Positions 1 to 11,823 are shown, numbered from the stretch's first letter. The stretch is DNA of 32,000 nt from Candidatus Saccharimonadota bacterium (GCA_000503875.1 CP006913.1:990001-1022000); one strand, 5' to 3'. The notes: generated from the sequence alone by a model not told the origin. Made by a program: numbers and translations.

Positions 1-645
1 AATCCAGAATTTAAACTATCCCAAAATATCCAAGAAATCCCAGAAAGACAAGAACATTTTGACTATATCTTTTGACCACATACCAGCAAAAATGCAGCAC
101 TTACATTAGCATTATTACGCACGCAAGACTCAAGTATATCAACACAAAAAATCCAACAATTCAAAGGCCTCCGACGCAGATTAGAATATCTCGGCACCAC
201 TCAAAATTGAGCAAAACTGTTTTCCGATTATGGACATATGGCATCATCAATCGTTATTGGATATCAATCGCTCAAACAAAAATTTCCCGACAAAAAAATA
301 ACAGCAATTTTTCAACCGCACCAGATCAATAGAATTTTTACAGGACGAGATGATTTTGTGCAAAGTTTCAAAGGGTTTGATAAAGTCATTATTTACGATA
401 TCTATGCTGCGAGAGAAGACATCGCTCATTTTGATTTTTCCAAAAGAGGACAAAATATCAACAGTGTAGAAGAACTTTGACATAATTTTGCAAACGCTTG
501 TTGAGGAACATATAGCAAGGAACGAGCGGAAATTAAACAACAAATAGAACAAGCTGACAACAATCATATTATTGCTATTTTTTCTGCAGGAGATATAGAT
601 TACGAAATTCGTACTCATCTTTCAATTAAACCATCTACAATTTAA
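1..645 (+). CDS. murC: UDP-N-acetylmuramate--L-alanine ligase MurC, C-terminal part (5' end outside window)
   Basis: Frame 1 is open from nt 1 to TAA 643-645 when the four in-frame TGA (73, 208, 478, 502) are read as Gly. The translation gives ...NAALTLALL...FKGLxRRLEYLG...FSDYGHMASS...IFQPHQINR...IFSAGDID. Order and spacing fit the Mur-ligase C-terminal domain (GxxRRF, DYxH, FQPH). Confidence 0.8.
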
Positions 646-708
646 GTTGATTTCTCTTACAAAAACAATAATCTGACAGCAATATAATTTTTATATTAAC
701 AAAAACAT

Positions 709-1242
709 ATGAAAAAATTATTCATCATCACAGCAAGTTTTGGAATGTTGTTTTTGATGTGATGTCAAAAAGTAACTATTATTCCAGATGAAAGCTTAAC
801 AGGAAATATCCAAGAAATAACATGATCTGTAGAAGAGACAACAGGATTTATAATCCAATCATTTGAAGATTGTTTAAACTCAGGCTTTCCGATAATGGAA
901 AGTTATCCAAGACAATGTAACGATGGTAAAACAACATATGTTGAAGAAATCGTACAAGAACTTACTGGAGAAAACACAAACGTAGACAATACAACTTGAC
1001 AACAAATAGGAGAAACTGGTACAAAACAAGAGGATTCTACAGGGACCAATCTTAGTATACTTCAACAAAAATTAAGAGCAATGATGGAAAGAAGAAATCA
1101 ACAAACACAAAGCGGAACCACAACAAATAGTTGAACAACCAGTACTACTATACAAACAACAACAGTATCAGACAACGAACAAGTAACAGAAGATGATATT
1201 GAAAATCTAGAAAACATTATTGATACCATTATAAAAAAATAA
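709..1242 (+). CDS. Lipoprotein, Thr/Gln-rich, unknown function
   Basis: ATG 709 to TAA 1240-1242, with 5 in-frame TGA. The N-terminus MKKLFIITASFGMLFLMGCQ is a signal peptide with an L-M-G-C lipobox whose Gly is the TGA at 760-762. Confidence 0.6.
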
Positions 1243-1250
1243 TTTGAATA

Positions 1251-1285
1251 CCCAAAGAATCTTAAAATATTGCTTTGGGATATGA
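1251..1285. repeat. Conserved intergenic hairpin element, copy 1
   Basis: cccaaagaatct-N9-gctttgggatatga with 7-bp stem cccaaag/ctttggg. A near-identical copy lies at 12388-12423. Confidence 0.5.
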
Positions 1286-1336
1286 AAATTATACTCACAA
1301 AAATTAGTATAAATTTAACTCTTCAAAAACAAAAAA

Positions 1337-1630
1337 ATGGCATTTTTTATGGAAATATGTAAGGGAATATTCTTTTTTATCACTATGGTAGTCGGTCTAT
1401 TTTTCCTAAGAGGACAAGATATTGTAAACCAACAATCATTTGTGATTATAAAAGAGATTTTGATGCCAGGTTACTTGATTTTTTGTGGAATTATGTTAGG
1501 ATATATTCTAGCTCGCATAAATATAGGATACAACGAACAACATGACGACGAAACCAAAATATATACAAAATATTTCCTAATAGGAACTAGCGTTTGACTT
1601 ATTCTTGCTGTTATTTACATTGTTTTGTAA
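1337..1630 (+). CDS. Small integral membrane protein
   Basis: Track ORF 1337..1597 ends on TGA; read as Gly it runs on to TAA 1628-1630. Several hydrophobic helices. The next gene starts 2 nt downstream. Confidence 0.5.
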
Positions 1631-1632
1631 TT

Positions 1633-2172
1633 ATGAAAAAAAACATCATAGGGTTAGTTATAGTACTATGATTATTCATGTGATGATGTACAAAAAAAGT
1701 AGAAAAACCCATCATTTTTGATCAGTATCATATTATTTTAACAACAGAATATATCTATCAAGAAATTGCTGCAAATACTATGGCCTGAGCTCCAGCAATT
1801 AAACAATATATACAAGAAAATGAGACATGATTTGCTGGTTCGATTATTATTGCAAAAATACAATTAGAAACAGGTATGGATATCTCAACATTTGCAACAT
1901 ACAATAGTAAATCAATAACAAGAAAAATAATGGGAAGTAATAAACCATCTACAGATAAATTCTCGTTTGAATGTGGCTCATGATCTATAGATTGAATTCT
2001 TCAAAAAATAAGTATTGAAGAGGGCGATCAAGAACAATATCTTAACCAAATGTTCTTTACAGATAAAAATTATCTTTATTGAATATCTACAATGACTACC
2101 AACAAAAGCGAAAGCAAAAACCTAGCCAAAAGTCTGAAAAACATTAGCTGTGCAACAACAGCCAAAGAATAA
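1633..2172 (+). CDS. Lipoprotein, unknown function
   Basis: ATG 1633 to TAA 2170-2172. N-terminus MKKNIIGLVIVLGLFMGGCTKK; both lipobox Gly are TGA. About 9 in-frame TGA and no TAA/TAG. Confidence 0.6.
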
Positions 2173-2196
2173 TATTTTACTCTTAATATATGCATA

Positions 2197-3060
2197 ATGA
2201 GTTTTGATTTACAGTGACTTGATCCTATTCAAGCTCCAAACCAACAAATGCCAAGCACAACAAATTTTGGCGCAAAACCAGAAAAAGCAAAAAATCTTTT
2301 CAACGAACCAGGAAATCTTTCTTGACGAGAATTAGTTGGAAAAGCTGGAATCGGACTCATTATTTGATGAGTTATCGCTGCATTATTATTTATTGTAACG
2401 ACATTTATTGGAACAATGTTAACTTCTGCAATAAGCCAAACATGAGCGGGTTCTTCTCCAAACCCAATGCTTTCAATTATATTACTTTTTATCGGATTTT
2501 TAAGTACATTTATTGGAAATATATCAGTTGCTGGAATATACAATCTTTTCTTTTCAAAAAAATATTATGATGGAACAAAAACATTCTGATTATTGTTGTT
2601 AACAAACGGTTTGTTGTTCTTTATCTTGGCTCCTATGTATTTTGTTTTTGCTAGTCAAATACAAAGTTTATTCTTAGTATTGGGTTTCCATATTCTTTTC
2701 TCAGTATTTGTTTCTGCATGTCAAATTGAATTTACTGCAAATCCAAATTATTCAGGATCTTCTTTGATGGGAAATATCATATGATTTGCAGGTTCTTTCC
2801 TAGTATATAGTTTATTCTACAAATCATTTACTATGAGTGGTGGAGTAGAAAATCAAACATATTTAATAATGTTGTTGCCTCCTGTACTAGCATACGCACT
2901 TATTCCCTTCGGAGCTGGAATTCGAGAAAAAATATATTACAAACTTTACGAAATGGGAAGTAATGCATTCTATATTCCTTCGCCAAGTGACGCACAAGAA
3001 AATCAAGATCCAGAACAAAAAGCCTTCCAAGAAGAAAGCGAAATCAACATCGATTCATAA
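2197..3060 (+). CDS. Multi-pass membrane protein, unknown function
   Basis: ATG 2197. Frame 1 joins track ORFs 2593..2784 and 2833..3060 across TGA codons. At least 6 hydrophobic segments and an acidic C-terminal tail. Confidence 0.6.
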
Positions 3061-3086
3061 AAATTAGCACTTAACATTTCAATAAC

Positions 3087-3464
3087 ATGTACTTATATCA
3101 CCTTGCTTCAGCGATAAAATTTGCATTAGGGATCGCTATTATCATTATCACCTATACAAGTATTAATGTTTATGAAGACCCTATCATAGGGATAGCTTTG
3201 GCATTTTTGGGAATCTTTATTGCTGCACGAGGCGGGAGCTTCTATCTTTTTTTGGGAATTCAAAAACTCTACCAACACAAAAAAACACTGTTGCTTATGT
3301 ACAAAGATAGCTATAAATTATCTCTTCTTTTTGGTATATATATGGTAATAAATTTTCTTTTGATTGTCTTGGGATGGCGAAATAAATTTATAGGAATATT
3401 GTTATTGGGAGGTTTTGTTCGAATCCATATTAGTTTATTTTGAAAGGATCAATCACATGAATAA
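3087..3464 (+). CDS. Small membrane protein
   Basis: Track ORF 3087..3443 ends on TGA and continues to TAA 3462-3464. Four hydrophobic helices. Overlaps the next start by 8 nt. Confidence 0.55.
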
Positions 3465-3768
3465 TATGCAAAAAATAGTAGAAGATAAACTAATGACTGT
3501 CTATGATCCAGAATTCCCTATGGTAGATATTTTTACCCTAGGATTAATATATAAAGTAACAATAAAAGAATCTGAAAAGACAATTCACGTTTTAATGTCT
3601 TTCACAACGCCAGCCTGTCCAATGGCAGAAATGATTCAAGAAATGATTAAAAATGCCATCAGGGAGATCGCACCAGATTTTTCCCTAGACATAGAAATTA
3701 CCTTCGACCCTATGCGATCTCCCTCTATGATCAGAGACGAAGACCTCAAGAAAATGTTTGATATGTAA
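3457..3768 (+). CDS. DUF59 / SufT-like Fe-S cluster assembly protein
   Basis: MNNMQKIVEDKLMTVYDPEFPMVDIFTLGLIYKV...SFTTPACPMAEM...ITFDPM(CGA)SPSMI matches the DUF59 pattern (DPE..vdi..LGliy, T.p.CP, dP.Ws). The internal ATG 3457 was preferred over the track start 3415. Confidence 0.75.
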   Translation: MNNMQKIVEDKLMTVYDPEFPMVDIFTLGLIYKVTIKESEKTIHVLMSFTTPACPMAEMIQEMIKNAIREIAPDFSLDIEITFDPMRSPSMIRDEDLKKMFDM

Positions 3769-3770
3769 AA

Positions 3771-4415
3771 TTACACACCTATCAAATTTCTTTTTAAGAA
3801 CATCTTTTTCATTTTTTCTTTAAAAATAATATCATCCCCATTACACTCCAAAAGTGTAAAATATTGATCATAAGCATTTATAGCAGTAAACTCTTTTTTC
3901 AACAAAATTTCCAAAACTTTTATCAAGACAGGGTCTCTTAATCTTTCTAAAGTATATGGATAGAAATTTTTAACGTTATCATATCATAGTTTTTCATATT
4001 CCATAGCTTGTACAGAAGCATCCAATTGATCAAGTTGTTTAACAATTTGAGCTTCTTTTGTTTCTTGTTTCTCAAATTCCATCCAAAGATCAAACAATTC
4101 TGATCATTTTTCTCATAAACTTTCTTGTAATTCTAATACTACTGCCTTTTCTCTCTCATGTTTTTCTTCTGGACTTATCTCTCAAGGAACATAATCTTTT
4201 TCTTTATATTCCGCTATATCGTGTATCTTAGCCATTTTAATTAGTTTATTTTGATCTATATCGGGAAAATGTTCCCCATAAATACGAGCAGCTTTTTCTA
4301 CTTTTTTAGAGTGTTGTCGAATTGTTTCCGCAATTTCTTCTGCAATATTTCTTTTTTGCCATCATGTTCTAATTTTATCAAGTCACTGTTTAATTTCTCT
4401 TATCTTTCCAAACAT
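3771..4415 (-). CDS. HD-domain hydrolase, YfbR/HDDC2-like 5'-deoxynucleotidase
   Basis: Absent from the track because it has about 7 in-frame TGA. Hand translation gives MFGKIREIKQGLDKIRTGWQKRNIAEEIAETIRQHS...KMAKIHDIAEYKEKDYVPGEISPEEKHEREKA...LWMEFEKQETKEAQIVKQLDQLDASVQAMEYE, fitting the R.GW / E..aeHS / HD.aE / lw.Efe..t.Ea pattern of this HD family. Confidence 0.7.
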
Positions 4416-4500
4416 TATATCAAATAAAACAATAAAAATACCAAGAACGAATCTCTTTATTTTTTTGTTTTATTTTTTAAAAAACTATACGAAAATATTC

Positions 4501-5847
4501 TTATAAATTTTCTCCTTTCACTAACTTACCATATACACAACCATTTAAAACATCTCTTTTTTTAGCTTCTGCTCGGAATACAGATTTTACTGTTGCTGAA
4601 GAATAACTAAGTTTCCATCATTCTATCATTCCTTTAAATACTTGATATGTTTCACAAGAAATTTTTGTACTAGGATTCGTCTTTGCTCCTATAATCTTTT
4701 TTTGATATGCAGTTACATAATACGTATAATAAGGATTTTTGGTTGTCACATAACTAAATTTCACTGATTCTTTTGAAGAAAGAATTGTTCCATTCATATC
4801 CATAAGGTAAACCAAGGCGTCCATTATAGTTACGCTAGATGTATCCGTTAGCTCAAGTTTTTGCTTAATTGCTGTAGAAGGATCCATTTGTGATCCAGTT
4901 CATTCATCATCAAGATCTGAAGTCTCATCTCACAAAAATACTGTATTAACTTGTGATGTAAATACTACCATACCCGTTTCTTCAAAAATATCTTCTTCTC
5001 TATCTCATGTTAATAAACTAACGCCTGAACCAATAACACTTCATTCTCAAGTATATAACAATGGGTCTTTGTTTGGTTTTTCTCTAAGTGTATTAAAAAA
5101 CGATGAAATATCTGACGCCATATTTGTTATAGATTCTCAAAGAGTATGTTTAGCAGGAAGAACAGCAAAAGATCGTATCAAAGCAACAAAAATTGCTACA
5201 AAATATATTCTTGCATAAGGCAAACGAAAGAAAAAACGGAATCCTTGATTTTTTATAAAAACATATCCTACAAAGAAAAATAAGAAAGAAACCAATAATG
5301 CTGATAACAACAAGATAGGTAAAATACTAAATATCAATGTTCCATATACCAATACACCTACAATAAGACTAGATATAAACAAGAAAAAATAGAAATTAAA
5401 GGTAAGTCCAAGTATTTTTATTTTATTATCTATAAGATCTTTCCCTGATATCAAAAGCAAGAAGAGGTACAACAACGGGAAAATCCAAATAAATTGTCAA
5501 AGAGTATGAAAAAGAGTTAAATCAAGTACAGAAAACAAGAACAAAAATAAAGCTGCAAAAAGCAGATATCAGACGATAGCCTTTCATTTCTTTTCATGTT
5601 TCATATATGGATATTTTACAAATTGATTAGGATGACGAACCTTTTCTTCTTTAAGCTCTTCAGAAGCTGTTTTTAAATTATCTTCTTGTTTTTTTACAAC
5701 AAAAGACACAACAAAGAAAATAAGCAAGGAAAGAAGATTAATCCCCGCTAACCAAAAAAATCTCGCGTCTTGCCAGAAAAACCCCAAAAGAGCAACAAAT
5801 ACTACCAAAAAGTAACAAACAAAAAACAAAAGAAAAGAAGTTAGCAT
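4501..5847 (-). CDS. Membrane protein with N-terminal multi-TM region and about 190-aa soluble C-terminal domain, unknown function
   Basis: Track ORFs 5584..5880, 5137..5475 and 4618..4887 share one frame and are separated only by TGA. I checked every codon between them and found no TAA/TAG. True stop TAA at 4501-4503. ATG 5847 was chosen; the track start at 5880 is a TTG. Confidence 0.55.
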
Positions 5848-6000
5848 GGTATATGGGTTATATTTTATAAAAAATGTCAATTTCTTTTACGAAGAATATT
5901 TGACTTATACACAACAAAAAGTTTTTTTCAAGGGAAAAGTTTGAAAAACAATGGTTTTTTGCATATAATAGAAGCAACCTTTATTTAGTAAAACAAAGAT

Positions 6001-6501
6001 ATGAAAATTATGAGAAAAATAGGATACATAGCCCTTCTTTGATTAGTAGGAATATGTAGTGCTCAACTTGAAATTCCTTGAGAAGCTACTATTTTTAATA
6101 GCAATCAAGATCAATATATCAATGCAAACGACATCTCAAATCCAATAAGAGATGGTGCATATACAGCAATTAAAAGCCCAGATGAAAGCAACGAAATTGG
6201 TGGTATACAAGGGACTAACCAAAAAATAGAAGATCACACAGATGCAAGAGAAAAAACATTTACTATAGTAAGAAATTTAATCAATTATTCTCTTGGATTA
6301 TTGAGTTTGGTAGCATTAGTATATATGATTTACCATGGGATTGTTATTTTGACTGCTGCAGGAGATGATGCAAAATACAAACAAGGAATGAAAGGTATTA
6401 AGTTTGGTGCAATAGCACTTATTGGAGTCTGATTTAGTCGAATTATTGTAAGTTCAATATTCTGGCTTATATTTGAAGTAATATTAAAACCATCATTATA
6501 A
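6001..6501 (+). CDS. T4SS-pilin-like (TrbC/VirB2-type) small membrane protein, paralog 1
   Basis: Signal peptide, then a hydrophilic region, then two C-terminal TM helices around a basic loop: NYSLGLLSLVALVYMIYHGIVILTAAGDDAKYKQGMKGIKFGAIALIGVGFS(CGA)IIVSSIFW. This layout recurs in CPR T4SS-pilin-like proteins. Confidence 0.55.
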
Positions 6502-6526
6502 TTTTTATTTTATTTATTCAATAATT

Positions 6527-7048
6527 ATGAAGAATATAATTAGTTATTTCAAAAGAATTTCTCTTTGGGGGATAACAATAGGGGCTATAGCATTATCAAT
6601 AACTACTTCTATTTCTTATGGACAAGGCGATGAAGGATTTTATTATGGAACAGAATATGAAGGAACTATGCTTAATGACGAGCAAAAAACAGATTTAGCT
6701 CAAGTTATAAAAGACGATAGCATTAACACAGAAGATACAACACTTTTGTACAAAATTCGTCAATATTTTAGATTAACAGGGACTGAAACATATGATCAAG
6801 ACAAGCCAGCAACAGGATATATCAACATGATAATCAATATGGCCTTGGGATTGACAAGTTTCATCTCATTAATCTTGATTCTTTACGCATTTTATCTTAT
6901 GTTCTTCGAAAAAGGTGAAGAAGGCTTCGCAAAAGCAAAAAAAATACTTATCGGAGTAGCTATAGCATTGGTGGTCATGGCTCTTTCTTGGCTAATAGTA
7001 AGTTTCTTTTTTGAAATATATACAACTCAAGCAGTTAAAAACATTTAA
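6527..7048 (+). CDS. T4SS-pilin-like (TrbC/VirB2-type) small membrane protein, paralog 2
   Basis: Same architecture as the upstream gene: NMALGLTSFISLILILYAFYLMFFEKGEEGFAKAKKILIGVAIALVVMALSWLIVSFFFEIY. SWLIV aligns with S(CGA)IIV of paralog 1. Confidence 0.55.
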   Translation: MKNIISYFKRISLWGITIGAIALSITTSISYGQGDEGFYYGTEYEGTMLNDEQKTDLAQVIKDDSINTEDTTLLYKIRQYFRLTGTETYDQDKPATGYINMIINMALGLTSFISLILILYAFYLMFFEKGEEGFAKAKKILIGVAIALVVMALSWLIVSFFFEIYTTQAVKNI

Positions 7049-7063
7049 TTATTATAACATATC

Positions 7064-7765
7064 ATGGGACTTTTTAATTTAGGCGATCAATCAAAAATAC
7101 AAAAGAATAAACATGAAAATATGTTTAATACAGAAACCATGCTTCCTTTTTCTGAAATTAAAAATGATACAGTTATTCTCAAAGATGGATGATTAAGATC
7201 TATTCTAAGAATAAGTGGATTAAATTTAGATCTCAAAAACTGAGATGAACAACAAATAGTTTTGGAACAATACAAAAAGTTTCTTAATGGACTCGATTTT
7301 CCTATCCAAATACTAGTTCGTAATAGTTATCTAGATCTATCGAATTATATTAATTATATGAAAGAAAATGTAACAAAAATAGAAAATTTAACTTTGCAAA
7401 AACAAGGTGATTGATATATTAAATTTTTGCAAGAAATTGACATGCAGCAAGGCCTAATTTATACAAAAGATTTTTATATAATTGTTCCTTATTATGATTG
7501 AGAAAAAGATAGCGAAAAAATAAATAAATCTTGGTTTACAAAATTTCTTGATGTGCTTAATAGCAAGGATGATGCAGAAAAAATAGTTTGAAGATATAGA
7601 GATTTCATTAAAGGGAGAAAAATGTTAGAAACAAGATGTAACTTAATCACGGAAGGACTAAATTCTATGGGAATATGAGTAGATAAAATAACTAACCCAG
7701 AAATCATCAGTCTCCTCTTCCGTTGCCATAATCCGCTTATTCATAATAGTCAATCTGAATTATAA
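7064..7765 (+). CDS. Stand-alone protein resembling the N-terminal domain of Gram-positive-type VirB4/TraC conjugation ATPases (no ATPase domain)
   Basis: ...LPFSEIKNDTVILKDGGLRSILRISGLNLDLKNGDEQQIVLEQYKKFLNGLDFPIQILVRNSYLDL... recalls VirB4-like N-termini (lp.keI.dg.v.lkdG..r.vl.v..iNf.lks.eEq..i...y..fLnsl.fpiQi.v). Ends at genuine TAA 7763-7765 and is followed by a terminator. Confidence 0.4.
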
Positions 7766-7802
7766 TTTTATCTTTGCAAATCTTTCCAAGAAATATATAG
7801 TG

Positions 7803-7831
7803 AACACATTCTCTTTTGAATGTGTTTTTTT
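7803..7831 (+). terminator. Rho-independent terminator
   Basis: Perfect 9-bp stem aacacattc/gaatgtgtt, 6-nt loop, then a T-run. Confidence 0.6.
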
Positions 7832-7881
7832 AATCCAAAGCTATTAGCCATAAGCTATTAGTTATCAGCTAATTATACACC

Positions 7882-9018
7882 ATGCCAATTATCATAATCT
7901 GAATAATATTAATTGCATTCTGACTCCTCGCAATCTATAGTGTAAGTATCCACGAATCTTTTACGCTAACATTAAAATTAATTGCAAATGGAAACCGGAC
8001 CTGAGATCCATCAAATTATTTCTATTTTCTCAGACAATTAAAAAACATAGCAATAGCAGTTATAATAGCATTAGGAGTATATATATTGCCTCTTAAATTT
8101 TTTCAAAAAAACAGAAATATCGTAATTATAGCTGTTATTCTAATGGTTTTACAAATTTTCGTATTTGTACCAGGAATAGGAATGGAGCTTAATGGTGCAA
8201 GATGATGGATTTCTCTACCATTCTTTCCAAGTATACAACCAGCCGAATTCTTTAAATTGGGATATGTTTTTTTCTTTTCTTCTCGGTTATTAAAAAAACG
8301 TGATATCATCAATCAAAAACAATTTTTTTCCAATTTCATTGTAATAAATATCTTATTATTGTGAATTTTTCTCCTTATACCCGATCTTTGAACATTACTT
8401 ATTTTGGGATTAACATCACTAACACTTTGTCGATATATCTGAACAAAACTTAAATATATTCTCTATTTATTATGATGAGCCTTAATATCAGGAATTTTGA
8501 TGGGAAGTATAGCCGGAATGATTAGTCCAAAATTTGATTATATTCAAAAAAGATTTACTTATTTTCTAGATTCTAGTGTCGATGAACAAAAGAGATGAGT
8601 ATGACGACAAAATCAGCAAGCACTTATAGCCGTTGGTTGATGAGGTCTTTTTGGAAAAGGATATGGAAAATGATTGCAAAAATTTGGATATATTCCAGAA
8701 GCGCAAAGTGATTTTATTTTCGCTGCATATTCAGAAGAAATTGGTTTCGTAGGAAATATAGCTTTGCTGAGTTTATATTTTTATTTAGCATACTATTTTC
8801 TTTCTAGATTACATACAATAAAAAATGAATATAATAAAACAATTGGAGTCTGAATTATTGCTCTTATTATGATTCAAGTATTTGTAAATATAGGAGTGAA
8901 TGTTAAAATCATGCCAAATACAGGATTAACATTACCATTTATTAGTTATTGAGGAACAGCATTAATGGTAAATTGTATTGAAATTATACTCCTTTACAAA
9001 ATTCTCAAAGAGAAATAG
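7882..9018 (+). CDS. SEDS-family peptidoglycan glycosyltransferase (FtsW/RodA/SpoVE)
   Basis: Invisible in the track (about 17 in-frame TGA). Translation shows NGARGWISLPFFPSIQPAEFFKLG, G(CGA)QNQQALIAVGGGGLFGKGYGKG...YIPEAQSDFIFAAYSEEIGFVG and PNTGLTLPFISYGGTA, the hallmark SEDS motifs. Stop TAG 9016-9018. Confidence 0.85.
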
Positions 9019-9019
9019 C

Positions 9020-11749
9020 ATGGGAAAAAATCAGAATTTTTATCAATATTCAATAGACCAAACACTAGATTTTTTTTGATCAACAAAAAATGGGCTATCA
9101 ACAAAAGATGCTCAAAAAATAATTGAAACGCATTGAAGAAACATATTACAAACGACCACAAAAAATAAAAACTGGCTTCGTTTTTTCGTACAATTCAAAG
9201 ATGTATTAATTCTTTTGCTTACTTGAGCTATGCTTATTTCTGTATATCTCAAAGATTATAGAGGTGCAGGAATATTAGGCGCAATTATTGTTATTAATGC
9301 AATTATCTGATATATTCAAGAAGCAAAAGCAGAAAAAATAATGGAATCTCTCAAAAAAATGATTCATCCAAATGCAAAAGTAAAAAGAGATGGTTTATTA
9401 TCAGAAATATCTTGAGAAGAAATTGTCGTTGGTGATATTGTATATATAGAAGAAGGTGATAGCATTCCTGCTGATATAAGAATTATAGAAAATAATAATT
9501 TACAAACCAATGATTTTGCACTGACAGGTGAATCAAGTCCTGTAAGTAAATTTACTCACGCAATAAAAGGAGATGTTGTTCTTTGAGAAAGAAATAATTG
9601 TATATTTATGGGAACAACAGTTGCAACAGGATTTGCACGAGGAATCGTTATAGCAACAGGTATGGATACACAATTAGGTAAAATAGCAAATCTTTCACAA
9701 GAGCAAATCCAGGAAAGTTCTCCTCTTGAAAAAGAAATGAAGAACATAGCAAAAAGACTTACTATTTGAACAATTGTTTTGTGTGGAATACTTATAATCA
9801 TAGCTTTATTAGCCAATTTTTCCTTGCAGGAAGCTTTTATTTTTGGAGTAGGAATTGCTGCAGCTATGGTTCCTCAATGACTTCCTGCACAAGTAAATAT
9901 AGCTTTATCTCTAGCAGCAGGCAGACTAGCAAAAAACAATGCTTTAGTAAAACAACTTGCATGTGTAGAAAGTCTTGGTGCTGTTAATATTATTTGTACC
10001 GACAAAACAGGAACCTTGACCAAAAATGAAATGACGGTCAAAAGAATTTTTATCAATAATCAACGAATTGAAATCTCTGGTTCTGGTTACGAACCAAAAG
10101 GAGAAATCAGAATAAACCAAACACTTAGCACTCAGCACGTAACACAACTATTGCACGCAGGGATTTTTGCATCCAATGCAAAAGTTAATCCACCCGACGA
10201 AGAACATTTAGATTGGTATTGTTTAGGCGATCCAACCGAAGGAGCACTAATTACTTTAGCTAAGAAATATAATATTGATACAGAATATCTCTATACACAA
10301 CACAAACAATATCATCAATTCTGATTTGATTCGGTAAGGAAAATGATGTCCTCTGTTCGTGATGTTGATGGGAAAACATTAGTATACGTCAAATGAGCTC
10401 CAAACGAATTACTCGAACACTGCACAACATATCATAATGGGAAAGAACAAAAGAATCTGACAAAAAAACAAAAAGAACGTATAATCAAAGCAATAGATGA
10501 AACATCAAAACAAGCCATGAGAAATATTGCATTTGCTTATAAAGAAATAGATACATACAACAAAGACACGACAATGGAGCTGGCAGAATCTGATCTCTGT
10601 TTCCTCGGATTCGTAGCTATCATAGACCCTGCCAGACCAGAAGTCCCAGCGGCGGTCGGAGCAGCTCGCGACGCGAGAATCAAAATTATTATGATTACCG
10701 GTGACTACGGCCCGACCGCCGAAGCTATTGCTGAAAATATAGGATTAGACGATGGAAAAATGAAACTTATTCCAAACGAAGAATTACAACATTTATCAGA
10801 CAAAAAGCTTTCTCTCATAATAAGACAGAATCGTTCAATTATTTTTTCTAGAGTAGCCCCCGAAGACAAACTCAGAATAGTAAAACTTCTCCAAAAAGAA
10901 CACAATATAATAGCAGTAACTTGAGATTGAATAAACGATGCTCCTGCACTAAAACGCGCTGATATTGGTGTCGCTATGTGAAGAATTGGAACTGATGTAG
11001 CCAAAGAAGCTTCAAAAATAATTCTCCTTGATGATAGTTTTAGTACCTTGGTCTATGCTATCCAAGAATGAAGAATTATTTATCAAAATCTCAGAAAAAC
11101 AATATTGTCTTGTATTACTTCAAATGGCGGAGAACTTTTTGCCATCCTTATTAGTCTAGTAATGAAAACATTTACAGGTATTCCTATAGCAATAAGCGCA
11201 GTACAAATTCTTGCAATTGATCTTATTTGAGAAATGGGTCCTTTGACTGCTCTTACCCGAGATCCTGGGCAAAAAAACATTATGAAAGGTCCGCCAAGAA
11301 ACCCCGCCAATCATATTATGAACAAAAAAAATATTATTGATATCCTATGGTCCTGAGCATTAATGTGATGATTAGCGTATCTAACATATTATATATATCT
11401 TCATCTAAATTCCGCTTCACCACAAACATTGATAAATACAGACAATACCTATATGATAGGAACATCTATAACGTATACGACTATTGTTTTCTGCCAATAT
11501 GCAAATATTATATCTCGCAGAGCTTGAGAAGTTCAACATATATTTACAAAATATTTTTGGACAAACAAAAAATTACTAGTATCTTTTTTATTAGGAATTT
11601 GAGCTATTCTTATTTTGATTTATTCTCCTTTACACAATTATTTTTGATTCTGAATAATGGATATACAAGATTGGTTATTTCCATTAAGTTGATGAATACT
11701 CTTTCTTATTATACGTGAATGATATAAACAAATTATTAAAAGAAAGTAA
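9020..11749 (+). CDS. P2-type cation-transporting P-type ATPase
   Basis: Frame 2 is continuous from ATG 9020 to TAA 11747-11749. Motifs: [46 protein letters not shown] (both Gly of TGDG are TGA, 10922 and 10928), plus about 10 TM helices. Start is 1 nt after the upstream stop. Confidence 0.85.
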
Positions 11750-11823
11750 ATTACAAAATTTTTCAAAATTCTTTGCGTCTACTATTACAGAAAGAAACTT
11801 TTTATTTATTAATCTCTTTCATT

